Shown: positions 38,670 to 49,218 of the stretch, piece by piece
How the letters are laid out: every line of letters begins with the position of its first letter
Numbering within the stretch: the first letter of the stretch is position 1
Source: a bacterium
GTDB taxonomy: Bacteria > Patescibacteriota > Andersenbacteria > UBA10190
DNA: 64,000 nucleotides
Direction: 5' to 3'
NCBI GenBank assembly: GCA_030698495.1
Contig: JAUYKA010000035.1
Coordinates: 8,778 to 72,777 of the forward strand
Translations under genes and position numbers: made by a program
Notes under the pieces: model-generated
What the model was told of the DNA's origin: nothing
Seen by the model: the letters and a program-made list of their open reading frames with translations, nothing else
The model's database searches: none

Positions 38670-39716
38670 TCACCCCGGCAGCTCTTCCGTGTTATTCTTA
38701 GCAACAAATATATCCGCCAATAAAATACTGATAACCGTAGCAATCGGCACCGACAATATAATTCCCACCACTCCGGCTAAACGCGCGCCCAATAAAATTC
38801 CGACTATCGTCACCAACGGATGCAAACCGATTGCTTTCCTCATGATATTAGGCACCAGCACATGCGCTTCAAATTGCTGAATAATAATATACATAGCCAG
38901 CACCACCAACCCCATCACCCAAGACATGGTGAACCCAACAGCAACCCCGGGAATAGCCGCCAATACCGGGCCAATATACGGCACAACCTCCAAAATTCCG
39001 GCAATCAACCCCAGCAACAAAGCGTATGGCACACCCAAAATCCAAAGACCAGTCCCTACCAGCAATCCGATAATTATTCCCAACGACACTTGCGCCAACA
39101 CCCATTTCCCCACTTTTTGCTGCGCCCGGTCAATTGCTCTTTCCGCGTAAGCCACGTGCATTGCCGGCGTCACCAGCCGTACAAATTTTTTCAAAGCTTC
39201 GCGCTCCACCACCAAATAAAACGTTAGCACAAACACAAACACTACCGTGAAAACCCCCGAAACAAATGTTCTAGTCTGCTGAAATATATTCACGCCTAAA
39301 TTCGCCAGATTGTCTCCGAATCTGCTTATCCCCGTCTGCAAATAACCCACGACTGCCGCCCGATCCACTTCCGGCACAAAAGTTATAAAACGATGCGCCA
39401 CTTGTATTATCGAAGGAACCGCTTGCGCTAGTTGCTGACTCTGTGTAACTAACGGCTCAACCATCAAAGACAACACCCCGGCCAATAATGCCAATACCAT
39501 TATATATATCAACGCCACCGAAATCATCCGCGGGATACGCCGCTGCTGCAGCCAATTAACCACCGGCTCAATCGCCGTCGCCAGCACCACCGCCGCAAAT
39601 AACATTAATAAAATATCGAAAATCAGATACAAAAACCATGCTCCGATCAGAATAATAATCACCCGGAAAATCGTCCCCGAGGTTATATCTATACTCATTC
39701 TGTTTCCGTTACCCAT
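38670..39716 (-). CDS. AI-2E family transporter
   Basis: VPYIGP, QQFEAHVLVP, GLHP, LSVP motifs. Confidence 0.92.
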   Translation of the reverse strand: MGNGNRMSIDITSGTIFRVIIILIGAWFLYLIFDILLMLFAAVVLATAIEPVVNWLQQRRIPRMISVALIYIMVLALLAGVLSLMVEPLVTQSQQLAQAVPSIIQVAHRFITFVPEVDRAAVVGYLQTGISRFGDNLANLGVNIFQQTRTFVSGVFTVVFVFVLTFYLVVEREALKKFVRLVTPAMHVAYAERAIDRAQQKVGKWVLAQVSLGIIIGLLVGTGLWILGVPYALLLGLIAGILEVVPYIGPVLAAIPGVAVGFTMSWVMGLVVLAMYIIIQQFEAHVLVPNIMRKAIGLHPLVTIVGILLGARLAGVVGIILSVPIATVISILLADIFVAKNNTEELPG

Positions 39717-39725
39717 ACCCTTATT

Positions 39726-41003
39726 TTACCCTAATTGCCTCATAAATGCACCGGCAGATTTCTGCGGTCCCAGCAAAGCCAATGCCCGCTTTGGCGCTGT
39801 CAGCAGCTCTCCGGCTACTCTTTGTACATCACTTGGTTGCACCGCGTCAATCCTGGCTAAAACCTCATCCGGCTTTTGAATCTTCCCGACCAGAAGTTTC
39901 TGCGCGCCGGCAAATGCGGCCAGCGAATTGGTTTCTTCCATTTCAATTAGCATCTGCCCCCTCATCATCTGCTTAGCTTTATTCAGCTCTTCTTTAGCCG
40001 GCGGTTCGTTCATCGCCCTGTCATATTCTTCTAAAATAATCTTCAGGGCTTCCGGTGCTTTGTCGGTACGCACACCCGCCTGCGTCACCAGCATCCCCGT
40101 ATCGGTTAAACTTTCCGAACTCATTCTAATAGCGTAAGCCAAACCCCGCCTCTCCCTTACCTGAATAAACAAACGGCTGCTCATTCCGCCGCCTAATATC
40201 ACCGACAGCACTCCCGCCGCCCACCGTCGCTCGTCGGTCATCGACACTCCTGGCACCCCTACCAGCAAATGAGTTTGATCCAAAGACGGCCGGGATTCGA
40301 AAACCACTCGCTCAACCGGTAAACGCTTGCCAACAGGCTTCGGCTTGGTTTCTTCCCCCACCGCCAGATCATCGAACAAACCGGCCAGCAGTTTCTTCGT
40401 CTTATCTTCATCAAACATCCCCGCCACCGCTACTACCACATTGCCGGTATGGTAATGATGATGAGTATAATTAACAAAATCTTTCTTTTGCAGTTTGCCC
40501 ACCGTTTCCGGCTTACCGTCAATCCGCCGCCCCAGCGGATGGTTACCAAACAAAGCCTGGTTCCACAAATGCCAAACATGGCGCATCGGCGTTTCCGTGT
40601 ACATTTTCATCTCCTCCATGATTACCCCCCGCTCCCGCTCGATTTCCTCCGGGGGAAAAAGCGGCCGCAGTAAAATATCCGCCACCACATCCGCACCGCG
40701 CGCCAGATACTTGGCCGCCACTTTTACGTAATAACCCGTGTATTCCTCGCCCGTGAACGCGTTAAACTCACCGCCGACATTATCAATCGCTTCCGCGATC
40801 TCCTGCGTAGTCGGCCGCTTTTCTGTCCCCTTGAAAAACATATGCTCCAGAAAATGCGACAACCCGGCCTGCCGCGGCGTCTCATAGCGCGATCCAACCC
40901 CCACCAATACCAAAAACGTTACCGTCTCGCTTTCCCGCCGCGGTAATAGCACCGCCCGTAAACCGTTTGGTAAAACCGTTTCGCTTAATTTAAATGTGGA
41001 CAT
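39726..41003 (-). CDS. M16 family peptidase
   Basis: HFLEH, NAFT, GGMSSRLF..RERRGLAY. Confidence 0.94.
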   Translation of the reverse strand: MSTFKLSETVLPNGLRAVLLPRRESETVTFLVLVGVGSRYETPRQAGLSHFLEHMFFKGTEKRPTTQEIAEAIDNVGGEFNAFTGEEYTGYYVKVAAKYLARGADVVADILLRPLFPPEEIERERGVIMEEMKMYTETPMRHVWHLWNQALFGNHPLGRRIDGKPETVGKLQKKDFVNYTHHHYHTGNVVVAVAGMFDEDKTKKLLAGLFDDLAVGEETKPKPVGKRLPVERVVFESRPSLDQTHLLVGVPGVSMTDERRWAAGVLSVILGGGMSSRLFIQVRERRGLAYAIRMSSESLTDTGMLVTQAGVRTDKAPEALKIILEEYDRAMNEPPAKEELNKAKQMMRGQMLIEMEETNSLAAFAGAQKLLVGKIQKPDEVLARIDAVQPSDVQRVAGELLTAPKRALALLGPQKSAGAFMRQLG

Positions 41004-41135
41004 AAAATATTAATTAATTTTCAATTTTCAATTTCCATTGAATTATCAATGACGCAATTTTCAAACACTAAAACTTTTCATCGTTGTGCTTGGAAATTGA
41101 TAATTGATTATTATATGGAAATTGGAAATTGGAAA

Positions 41136-42518
41136 TTATATCGACAGTTTATCTGTTAAATATCCACCAACCTTGTCTATATTAATCCTCTCCTGCTCCA
41201 TACTATCCCTCTCTCTCACTGTCACCTGCTTATCTTCCAAGGAGTCAAAATCAACCGTTACGCAATACGGCGTGCCAATTTCATCCTGGCGCCGATACCG
41301 CTTGCCGATTGATTGCGTCTCATCGTAATCAACGCGCAGACTTTTTGCCAATTCATCAGCCAACGGCTCGGCCAGCTTTATAAGTTCCGGCTTCTTCGAC
41401 AAAGGCAGTACTGCCACCTGATACGGCGCCAAATTTGGTTTCAGCTTTAGCACTACCCGCTTATCTCCCTTAACTTCTTCCTCGTAGTAAGCATCCATCA
41501 ACACAAATAATACCAGCCGCGACAAACCGAATGTCGGTTCAATCACATGCGGATAAAATTTTTCTCCCGTTTTTGTATCCGTCACCTGCAGATCCTGACC
41601 CGTAGCCTGCGCGTGATTCTTCAAATCGTAATCGGCACGATAAGCCAGCCCGAACATTTCTTTACTGCCCCAAGACGACGCATACTCAATATCCACCGTC
41701 CGTCTGGAATAATGCGCCCGTTCTTCAGTCGCCTGCTCCCGCAAACGCAAGTTTTCTTTTTTGATCCCCACTTCCTCCGTCACCCATTTTTGCATCTCCC
41801 CAAGCCACATCTCAAAATACTTCTCCCAATCAGCTTCTCTCACAAAATACTCAAACTCCATCAAATCGAACTCCAGCGTGCGGAAAATAAAATTACCCGG
41901 CGTGATTTCATTGCGAAACGCCTTGCCGACTTGCGCTATGCCAAACGGTAAGGATTTCCGCATTGAATCCATAATCAATTTAAAATCTACAAACATCGAT
42001 TGCGCCAGCTCCCCCCGCAAATAAACAATCTGTTTATTACTTTCAACCGTTCCCAACGAAGTCTCAAACAGTAAGTTGAATTGACGCGCTTCGGTAAAAT
42101 CATGTTTACCACAATTCGGACAGACAATATTGTTATCAGCGCTAATTAAAACGGACATTTCCTCTATCGTCATCGCGTCCGTATTCCTATCAGGCAATAT
42201 GTTCTTTATCAGATCGTCCGCCCGCCAGCGATTATGGCAGGACTTACAATCCACCATCGGGTCGTTAAAATTATCAACGTGATGCGAAGCTTTCCACACT
42301 TCCGGATTCATTAAAATCGCCGCGTCCAAACCAACCATATCCCGCCGGCTCTCCACAAAATACTTCCACCAGGCATCCCGCAAATTATTTTTTAACTGCA
42401 CTCCCAACGGACCGAAATCCCACGAATTGCGCAACCCGCCGTAAATCGCCGACCCCGGATACACAAACCCGCGTCTTTTGCATAACTCAACTATTTTTTC
42501 CAGAGAAACTTTTTCCAT
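41136..42518 (-). CDS. glyQS: Glycine--tRNA ligase (homodimeric type)
   Basis: CKRRGF, FRNEITPGNFIFR, RAHYS, VIEP, SIGKRYRRQDEIGTP. Confidence 0.96.
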   Translation of the reverse strand: MEKVSLEKIVELCKRRGFVYPGSAIYGGLRNSWDFGPLGVQLKNNLRDAWWKYFVESRRDMVGLDAAILMNPEVWKASHHVDNFNDPMVDCKSCHNRWRADDLIKNILPDRNTDAMTIEEMSVLISADNNIVCPNCGKHDFTEARQFNLLFETSLGTVESNKQIVYLRGELAQSMFVDFKLIMDSMRKSLPFGIAQVGKAFRNEITPGNFIFRTLEFDLMEFEYFVREADWEKYFEMWLGEMQKWVTEEVGIKKENLRLREQATEERAHYSRRTVDIEYASSWGSKEMFGLAYRADYDLKNHAQATGQDLQVTDTKTGEKFYPHVIEPTFGLSRLVLFVLMDAYYEEEVKGDKRVVLKLKPNLAPYQVAVLPLSKKPELIKLAEPLADELAKSLRVDYDETQSIGKRYRRQDEIGTPYCVTVDFDSLEDKQVTVRERDSMEQERINIDKVGGYLTDKLSI

Positions 42519-42586
42519 AATATAGCAAAAATTATACTCCTTACTGCTTGCTACATACTACTTATTACCAATAAACAGCACAACCC

Positions 42587-43012
42587 TCACCCCACCCCGC
42601 GCAGCCGCAACCTAATTACCTTAGTTCTGTCATTACGCGCCGCCCTCACTTGCTTCTCTGCTCGCAGCTGCTCCCGATGCAGCTTCTCCATTACCTTCTT
42701 CTGTGCCGCTTGAGGGTTGTTTTTTTGCTCATAAGACATTATTCCAAACTCCCGGTAAGTGCGATCCCGATCGCGCCTAAACCCCTGTTTTATCTCCCTC
42801 TCCCGCCGTTTAAAATCCGAGCGCACCCTCCCCAGCTCGCCCACATACCAATCCGACACCTGCCTCCTCTCCTTCCGCCACTGCTTCATGTACTCGCTCG
42901 TCCCCAAAAAACTCTGGATAAAATTTCCCTTATCCGGCGGCCGTACCGGCTGACCTCCCCAATCGTTTGGATTACTGAAACCTCCCGGATTTTGCTCCAT
43001 AAAACTCCCCAT
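42587..43012 (-). CDS. Basic helical hypothetical protein
   Basis: Open 141-aa frame filling the gap; R/K/E/Q rich. Confidence 0.55.
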   Translation of the reverse strand: MGSFMEQNPGGFSNPNDWGGQPVRPPDKGNFIQSFLGTSEYMKQWRKERRQVSDWYVGELGRVRSDFKRREREIKQGFRRDRDRTYREFGIMSYEQKNNPQAAQKKVMEKLHREQLRAEKQVRAARNDRTKVIRLRLRGVG

Positions 43013-43111
43013 AAAGCCAGTATATCACACCCTTGACCAAACACAGCCTTTGGGCGTAGCGTAAAGCTGCTTCTTAGGCACTCCCGTTCCTTACCAACAA
43101 GGAGACTGACC

Positions 43112-44269
43112 ATGTTTCACGGCATCGAACAAGCCTACGCCGGCGCTATGGTGACTGCCGCGCGTACCGCCCAGCAAACTCTGTTCGACACCCCCATTTG
43201 CGAGGCCATCCGGCCTTCCACGGTTTGGAACAAAGGTGACACGGAAAGCTTCGACACCATTCCGGAAAACGCGATTGTCGGAGTCTTGCGCCGTTTTGAC
43301 CCATATGCCGTCGTCGTCACCGAGGAACGTGGCGCTGCTAACCCCTTTCTAAGCGACGACCCGACCCAAAGCAAGGGAGCACGTACTTTCTGTGTCTGCG
43401 ACCCTTTCGACCGATCAAACCAGGCCAAACAATTTCTTACCCCTCTAGCCGCCAAAGGCGGAAAGATCGTTGACATCCTGCGCAACCCGGAAACCATCGC
43501 CAACTGGGAAAAAGACTTCGGTTCTCCCGCCTCCATCACCGGCTTCACTACAGGCATCACCTGCGTCCGTCGCGGCTTGCCTATTGCCAGCGTTATCTTG
43601 AATTACCTTACGGAAGAAGTAACCCTGGCCTGCGCCGCCGGCATCTTCCACGCCAAGCTGCCTGAAGATCTCTCGCATGATATCAACCTTGAATATATCA
43701 TGCAGCAGGGAAAACGCCTGGTCTTCCCTCAACCCAACCACTTTACCGTCCGCAACATCGTGTCATACATCGGTAAACCGGAGCGTGGCTACCCCAAGAA
43801 CTTCTCCAGTATCCGTCTGGTGCAGGATCACGAACTAGATCACCGCCTTTACTACAATCTGCCCGGCGGCCCCTCGCGTATTCTGTATCTCTCAAATCTG
43901 CAACCGGCCGAAGCCCCCATTGGCGCCGTTGTTGCCAACGGCGAGAAGATCGGAGAATGGACTTCGTGGCTTACCTTCATCCGCTTTGCTCTACGCGCAG
44001 ACGATCACAGTTCTCCGGCCTTACGCATCTTCGAAGCCTCACAAAAAGAAACGTTGTCCATAGACGGCATATTGATGATGCCTACGCCCGACTACAGCAT
44101 CTTCGTCAACCGCAACCCCGATTCCAACCGCGTCTATATCAGCGCCCAAAAGCTGCAGGATTTCACCAACCCCAGCAAATATCGCGCCACAATGATTGTG
44201 TTCCCCGCCAGCAGTCGTTGGGCCTTAAGTCTGGTGGAGCAGTACGGCTACCGCGAGATCGTCTTTTAG
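43112..44269 (+). CDS. Divergent inositol monophosphatase/FBPase-fold protein
   Basis: DTIPENAI, VVTEE, VCDPFDRS (cf. DPLDGS); AAGGAG SD; terminator ~44320-44351. Confidence 0.55.
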   Translation: MFHGIEQAYAGAMVTAARTAQQTLFDTPICEAIRPSTVWNKGDTESFDTIPENAIVGVLRRFDPYAVVVTEERGAANPFLSDDPTQSKGARTFCVCDPFDRSNQAKQFLTPLAAKGGKIVDILRNPETIANWEKDFGSPASITGFTTGITCVRRGLPIASVILNYLTEEVTLACAAGIFHAKLPEDLSHDINLEYIMQQGKRLVFPQPNHFTVRNIVSYIGKPERGYPKNFSSIRLVQDHELDHRLYYNLPGGPSRILYLSNLQPAEAPIGAVVANGEKIGEWTSWLTFIRFALRADDHSSPALRIFEASQKETLSIDGILMMPTPDYSIFVNRNPDSNRVYISAQKLQDFTNPSKYRATMIVFPASSRWALSLVEQYGYREIVF

Positions 44270-44450
44270 CTCGACTAACCCGGCACCATTACCAGACTCG
44301 GCTAAACGATTCAACAACCCAACCCCCCGCAAACCCAAGCGGGGGGTTTTCAATTGACATGGTAAATACGACTGCTAATATAAAAAACCAGGCGGGATCA
44401 AACCAACTGGCTGTTCTCTTCCCAATCTTTTTCTCGAAAGGACTGCTGTC

Positions 44451-45491
44451 ATGTCCCAAGCTTCAGCGTACGCGGCTAGCGGTGTTGACATCGACAAGGG
44501 CGCGCTTTTTGTCAAAATGGTCAAAGAACGAATCGCCAAAGCCTGGCCCGGCAGAGAAGACGCCATCGGCGGCTTCGCCGGCCTCCTACAACTAGCCACA
44601 CCAACCAGCATCCTCAAAACTTGCTGTGACGGCTCCGGCACCATCGCTATTCTCGGCGCGCTCACCGGCCGGTTTTCCCTGATCGGCCACAACGCCGCCG
44701 CCATGTCACTGGTTGACGCCTATGTCGCCAGCACCCACCCCGTGGGCCTGAATGACGTAATCGGCACCGGCAGTCTTGATCCGGAACGGCACATCGGGAT
44801 TATTGACGGCATTATTAATGCCTGTCAGTATTCCGAAGATTGCTTCATCGTCGGCGGCGAAACGGCTGAACAGCCCGGTATGTACAAGTATGACTGGATA
44901 GTGGACATCAACACTTTCGTTGTCGGCATACCCGACCCAGATATCGTTACCGGCAACGTTCAACCAGGACAACCCGTTTACGGCTGGCCTTCTTATGGTC
45001 CTGCCTCCAACGGTTTCTCGTTGATCCGCAACGTGTTCAACCTTAACACCGATCCGGAATCAGCCAGAGACACATTGAATCAACTTCCTCTCGATGGTGC
45101 TTGTTCTCTGGCCGATGCCCTGCTTGTACCAGCGCCAGTGTACATCAATCAGATCGAAGTGCAGCGCCGAACCGGCATCCGCTTTGCCGCCCATGCTCAC
45201 ATCACCGGCGGCGGATTGGTGGACAACATTCCGCGTGTACTGCCTGAAAACTGCAAAGTGGTTCTCGACCGCTCCGCCTGGCTGCGTCCGTCAATCTTCA
45301 AAGCTATCCAGGAAACCGGTCACATTACGCCTGCTGAAATGGATCGCGTCTTCAACCAGGGCATCATGGTCGCCTCCATTATTGACGGCAATGAGATGCC
45401 CGACAGCTGCAACGCCACGTGCATCGGCACTGTCGAACAGCGCCAAGGCAACGAACCCCAGGTTCAGTTCACCGGTTCCTTCAAACAGTAG
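44451..45491 (+). CDS. AIR synthase (PurM)-like protein with altered active site
   Basis: YAASGVDID, GGFAG, GGETAE, SNGFSL, HITGGG, FNQGI; several PurM residues substituted. Confidence 0.8.
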   Translation: MSQASAYAASGVDIDKGALFVKMVKERIAKAWPGREDAIGGFAGLLQLATPTSILKTCCDGSGTIAILGALTGRFSLIGHNAAAMSLVDAYVASTHPVGLNDVIGTGSLDPERHIGIIDGIINACQYSEDCFIVGGETAEQPGMYKYDWIVDINTFVVGIPDPDIVTGNVQPGQPVYGWPSYGPASNGFSLIRNVFNLNTDPESARDTLNQLPLDGACSLADALLVPAPVYINQIEVQRRTGIRFAAHAHITGGGLVDNIPRVLPENCKVVLDRSAWLRPSIFKAIQETGHITPAEMDRVFNQGIMVASIIDGNEMPDSCNATCIGTVEQRQGNEPQVQFTGSFKQ

Positions 45492-45647
45492 CCCCCCGAG
45501 CAACCCCGCGCGAGACCTCAAAAAGTCTCCGCGGGTTTTTCTTTTTAAAAAACTCTAACCACCAGTCGTGCTTGACTTAACTGAATATTTCATCTATTAT
45601 TATCCACTCCTCTAAGACCGTACATTCTCAAACCAAAGAGGCTAATC

Positions 45648-46163
45648 ATGGCAATCATCAAACACACTTGGTGCGGTAAATTCGTTTCAGTTCGCGTAGA
45701 AGAACGTGGCTCCCAAACATTGGAAATAGTCCACGTCCGCAATGGTGTCACTGTTGTTCCTATTTTCCCAGACGGTCGCCTGTGTCTCATCCGCGAACGC
45801 AGCTGGAAGACCCAACAGATGGTAACAAAGCCGGTTACCGGATTTATCGACGACAATGAAAACCCCTGGGCAGCGGCGCGACGCGAGCTTGCCGAAGAAA
45901 TCGGCTTTGAAGCCGGCGAGTGGGAACTGGCTCTAACGTCAACCAAAAACGACGTGATTGAGCACCAGCAATTCTGTTTCGTATGCCACGACCTGACTGC
46001 CACATCCCCCCATCCGGAACCGGGGGAGTATATCGAGAAATTGGTTAAACTCACGCCGGCCGAAGTCCAACAACGCACTCTTGGCCTTGAGTTTGGCAGC
46101 AATATCACCGCGTTCTTTCTCCTTCGCCTAGCCACACAGCTTCTAGAAAATTCTGGCAAATAG
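45648..46163 (+). CDS. NUDIX hydrolase (ADP-ribose pyrophosphatase-like)
   Basis: GFIDDNENPWAAARRELAEEIG Nudix box; terminator ~46176-46200. Confidence 0.88.
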   Translation: MAIIKHTWCGKFVSVRVEERGSQTLEIVHVRNGVTVVPIFPDGRLCLIRERSWKTQQMVTKPVTGFIDDNENPWAAARRELAEEIGFEAGEWELALTSTKNDVIEHQQFCFVCHDLTATSPHPEPGEYIEKLVKLTPAEVQQRTLGLEFGSNITAFFLLRLATQLLENSGK

Positions 46164-46477
46164 CCAGTACTTTACACACCCGGACCCCACCGGGTGTTTT
46201 CATTACCTACACACCAATCTATTTTTTTTCTCCGTACCTGCTTAACAATTCCTCACGCGACATAGCGGCTGTCCAAACCGGCCGCGTTTCTTTCGCGAAA
46301 AGCTGCTGGCGCATCTCTTCGGAAATTGCGCCTTCCCAACATTCTCATTCAAACCAGACTTTGGCACTCCTTCCGCACTCATTGTTTTTTGTCATTTTAA
46401 AATTGAGACTTAAATGGAAATTGCCTTGCCGGCCATAGCTCGCGAGCGACGGCTGGGAAATTGAGCCTTGAAAATTA

Positions 46478-47503
46478 TTATTCCCATCCTTGCCGCACCA
46501 CCCGCCAAACTACTTTTTCCTGCTGAACCTGCATCGGGCCCTGCGGCGTCTGCTGTTGCACCGGCACTTGCTGACGGCGAAACTCCACATGCAAATCAAA
46601 GTGCTGTGATTGCTTCTCACTTTCTACATAAGCAATCGTGTAGTCTTTTTCTCCTTGACTCATACCCGCTCCCAGCTCCATTTCCTGGTTCCACTGCTCG
46701 CCTATTTTCATCTCCTCTTTAAAGCTCTCATAAATTTCCGTCATCACATCAGCCAAGCCGCTCTTGGCATACATCACGCTGTTTAATCCCAGCGACTCTC
46801 GCGCTTCCTTGCGCCCGATAAAGTACTGGTGACTGTACAGCTTTTCCGTAAAGTAACCAACCACTTTGTCCACTTCCGCCTCTGCCATCGGCTCTTTATG
46901 ACTAAGCAGTAACTGACGAGCCAGCAATCGAATTAAATTATGAATACGGTTAACATTCCCCAGCGCCAGCGGATGAATCTGCGGATTAGCTTTTCCGAAT
47001 TGGCTGAAAATTTGCTCCAAACTGGCATCTGATGAAATTCCAAACTTATTCTTGGCCAAATCAAAATAGGCGACTACGTCTTCCACGGAAATCGGTATGC
47101 GCCCCTGCGGACTTCCCGGCTGTGGCGGATTAAACACGTTCGCCGTGGACGGATCGATAGGGGACAACTCCGACAAGTCACTCATCACTATTTCGTCCGC
47201 TCCCAGCGCAATCATCGTCGCCGCGCTGTGCGCTTTATAGGGCACCAACACTGCCAACTTATCACAGTATTCCCGAATCATAGACACCAGCCGCCACGGC
47301 ACCATGGTATCCCCGCCCGTGCTGTACAAAACCAAATCTATTTTTTCCTGTTTCCCCATCGCGCGCAGCTGTCCGCTAAAAATCGGAATTATATCCATGC
47401 CGATTTTAGCGCCAATCGGTCCCGGCCGGTCGCTGGTGAAATAAGCTAAAACACTTGATCCCCGCTCCTGGCCGATTTTTTTCAGTAATTCTTTTCTATC
47501 CAT
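46478..47503 (-). CDS. SDH family Clp-fold serine protease
   Basis: LYSTGG, AHSAATMIALGADEI, LSPIDP, SHQYFI; leaderless ATG 47503. Confidence 0.85.
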   Translation of the reverse strand: MDRKELLKKIGQERGSSVLAYFTSDRPGPIGAKIGMDIIPIFSGQLRAMGKQEKIDLVLYSTGGDTMVPWRLVSMIREYCDKLAVLVPYKAHSAATMIALGADEIVMSDLSELSPIDPSTANVFNPPQPGSPQGRIPISVEDVVAYFDLAKNKFGISSDASLEQIFSQFGKANPQIHPLALGNVNRIHNLIRLLARQLLLSHKEPMAEAEVDKVVGYFTEKLYSHQYFIGRKEARESLGLNSVMYAKSGLADVMTEIYESFKEEMKIGEQWNQEMELGAGMSQGEKDYTIAYVESEKQSQHFDLHVEFRRQQVPVQQQTPQGPMQVQQEKVVWRVVRQGWE

Positions 47504-47633
47504 ATTAAAACTATACTCCCCTGCCCATACAAAAATCAAAAACTATGTAAAAAAATAGGAACCTTAGATCAAAGACCCAAGGTTCCCAAAGTAAGAACAT
47601 TCATAACGGACTCTCCTTTCACCCAAAGGGCGT

Positions 47634-48017
47634 TCAGTAATTGCGGCACTCGCGGGCCAGCACTTCCGCCCGTTCGTCTTCACCCAAGCCAGGCAACTGA
47701 TCATGCAGCCGGCACATCAGCGCGTGCAGCCTGGCACGCTTCTTCTGCCCAATCGTGTCGAGATTCAGAGCATCAGCCACTCGGTGAGCGTCGGTGAAGA
47801 TCTCCTGCATCAGACGCTCACTATACTCTCTCATCAGCCGACGCCTGACATACTCCAGGAACCTTTTCACCGAGTTGAACTCGCTGCCAGCGGAGAGCTG
47901 CTTCCTCATCCTCTTCTGCTGCTTACGCTTCTCGCTCTCCGCTTGTAGCTGCTCCCTGTCCCGCTGGCCGGCCGAAATCAGGCCTGCCACGAACAACTGA
48001 TCAGATAGAGTGCCCAC
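47634..48017 (-). CDS. Hypothetical helical protein
   Basis: GTG start with AAAGGAGG SD; LSDQLFVAGLI N-terminus. Confidence 0.6.
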   Translation of the reverse strand: MGTLSDQLFVAGLISAGQRDREQLQAESEKRKQQKRMRKQLSAGSEFNSVKRFLEYVRRRLMREYSERLMQEIFTDAHRVADALNLDTIGQKKRARLHALMCRLHDQLPGLGEDERAEVLARECRNY

Positions 48018-48090
48018 CAGAGCCTCCTTTCATAAAAAGCAGTGATATTGCCAAAAGAGCCACTAACTCTTAATTATAGCTCTTGTGGCA

Positions 48091-49218
48091 CTATTTGTCA
48101 AGCACGGCTCTTATCTCCCGCATCAACTGCACGTAAAAATATATATTATGTAACACCACCAGCCGAAACCCGCTCGGCGCCTCGCAACGCATCAGATGAT
48201 GCACATAACTCACGCTGTAATCTTTTGTAATCACCGGATTTCCCGGAGAAAAAACTTGTTGGTCATCCTTAAACGAACTCTTGGTAATATCCATCACTTC
48301 ATATAACTTGTCTGCCTCCACCGGACGCTCCGGATCCTGCAAACACGCCGCCAGTTCTTTGATATTTAAATTACGATAAATCTTGCCGTGCCGCGCGTTG
48401 CGTATCGGCAGTACGCAGTCAAACTGGTCCACCCCCGCTCGCACCGCCCGCACAATATCCTCCGGCATACCCGCCCCCATTAAATATCGCGGCGCGTCCT
48501 CCGGCAAAAACTGCGTTGTCATGCGTACTCCCTCGTCCATGGAAGTTGCCGTCACATCGCGCATCTCTCCGCCAATACTGTAACCGAAAAACCCTATTTC
48601 CCTTAGAGCCGCCGCCGACTTCTCCCGCAAGTCTTTATATATACTACCCTGAACTATGCCGTATAAAGCCTGTGTGTCTTTACCAGCCCTCTCCCATTCT
48701 GCTTTGCACCGTGCCGCCCACTTGCTTGTCTGCTCTACCGCCGCCGCCACTTTTTCCCTATCAGCCCCGTACGGTGTACACACATCCAACGGCATAATAA
48801 TATCCGCGCCCAGCTTTGCCTCAATTTGCACGGCCGACTCCGGCGTCAGCCGATACTTATTACCATCAATTGGCGAAGCAAAAGTTACCCCGTCACTATC
48901 CAGCTTCACATTTTTGCCTAAACTGAATACCTGATAGCCACCCGAATCAGTCGTCACCGGATGAGACCACTGCATAAATCCGTGTAAACCGCCGCCGGCT
49001 TCCACCACATCTTCCCCCGGTCGCAAATGCAAATGATACGTATTTGCCAGCACAATCTGCACTCCCATCTTTTCCAAATCCTCGGCAAACACCTGCCCGC
49101 GCACCGCGCCTTGAGTTGCCACAAACTGAAAAAAAGGCCCCTCTACCGTGCCGTGAGGGGTTGTTAACTTCGTTAGCCTAGCTAAACCCACTTTTTTTAT
49201 TATCTCAAACCTAAACAT
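48091..49218 (-). CDS. tgt: tRNA-guanine transglycosylase
   Basis: NTYHLHLRPG, DSGGYQVFSL, GIVQG, PRYLMG, DQFDCVLP. Confidence 0.93.
   Translation of the reverse strand: MFRFEIIKKVGLARLTKLTTPHGTVEGPFFQFVATQGAVRGQVFAEDLEKMGVQIVLANTYHLHLRPGEDVVEAGGGLHGFMQWSHPVTTDSGGYQVFSLGKNVKLDSDGVTFASPIDGNKYRLTPESAVQIEAKLGADIIMPLDVCTPYGADREKVAAAVEQTSKWAARCKAEWERAGKDTQALYGIVQGSIYKDLREKSAAALREIGFFGYSIGGEMRDVTATSMDEGVRMTTQFLPEDAPRYLMGAGMPEDIVRAVRAGVDQFDCVLPIRNARHGKIYRNLNIKELAACLQDPERPVEADKLYEVMDITKSSFKDDQQVFSPGNPVITKDYSVSYVHHLMRCEAPSGFRLVVLHNIYFYVQLMREIRAVLDK

Noticed and set aside
46217-46395. ORF with in-frame TGA suggesting genetic code 25 or readthrough
   Set aside because: Several genes here end at TGA (e.g. 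38670, 62914) and long genes have no internal TGA; an alternative 46-aa frame (46242-46382) is equally unsupported
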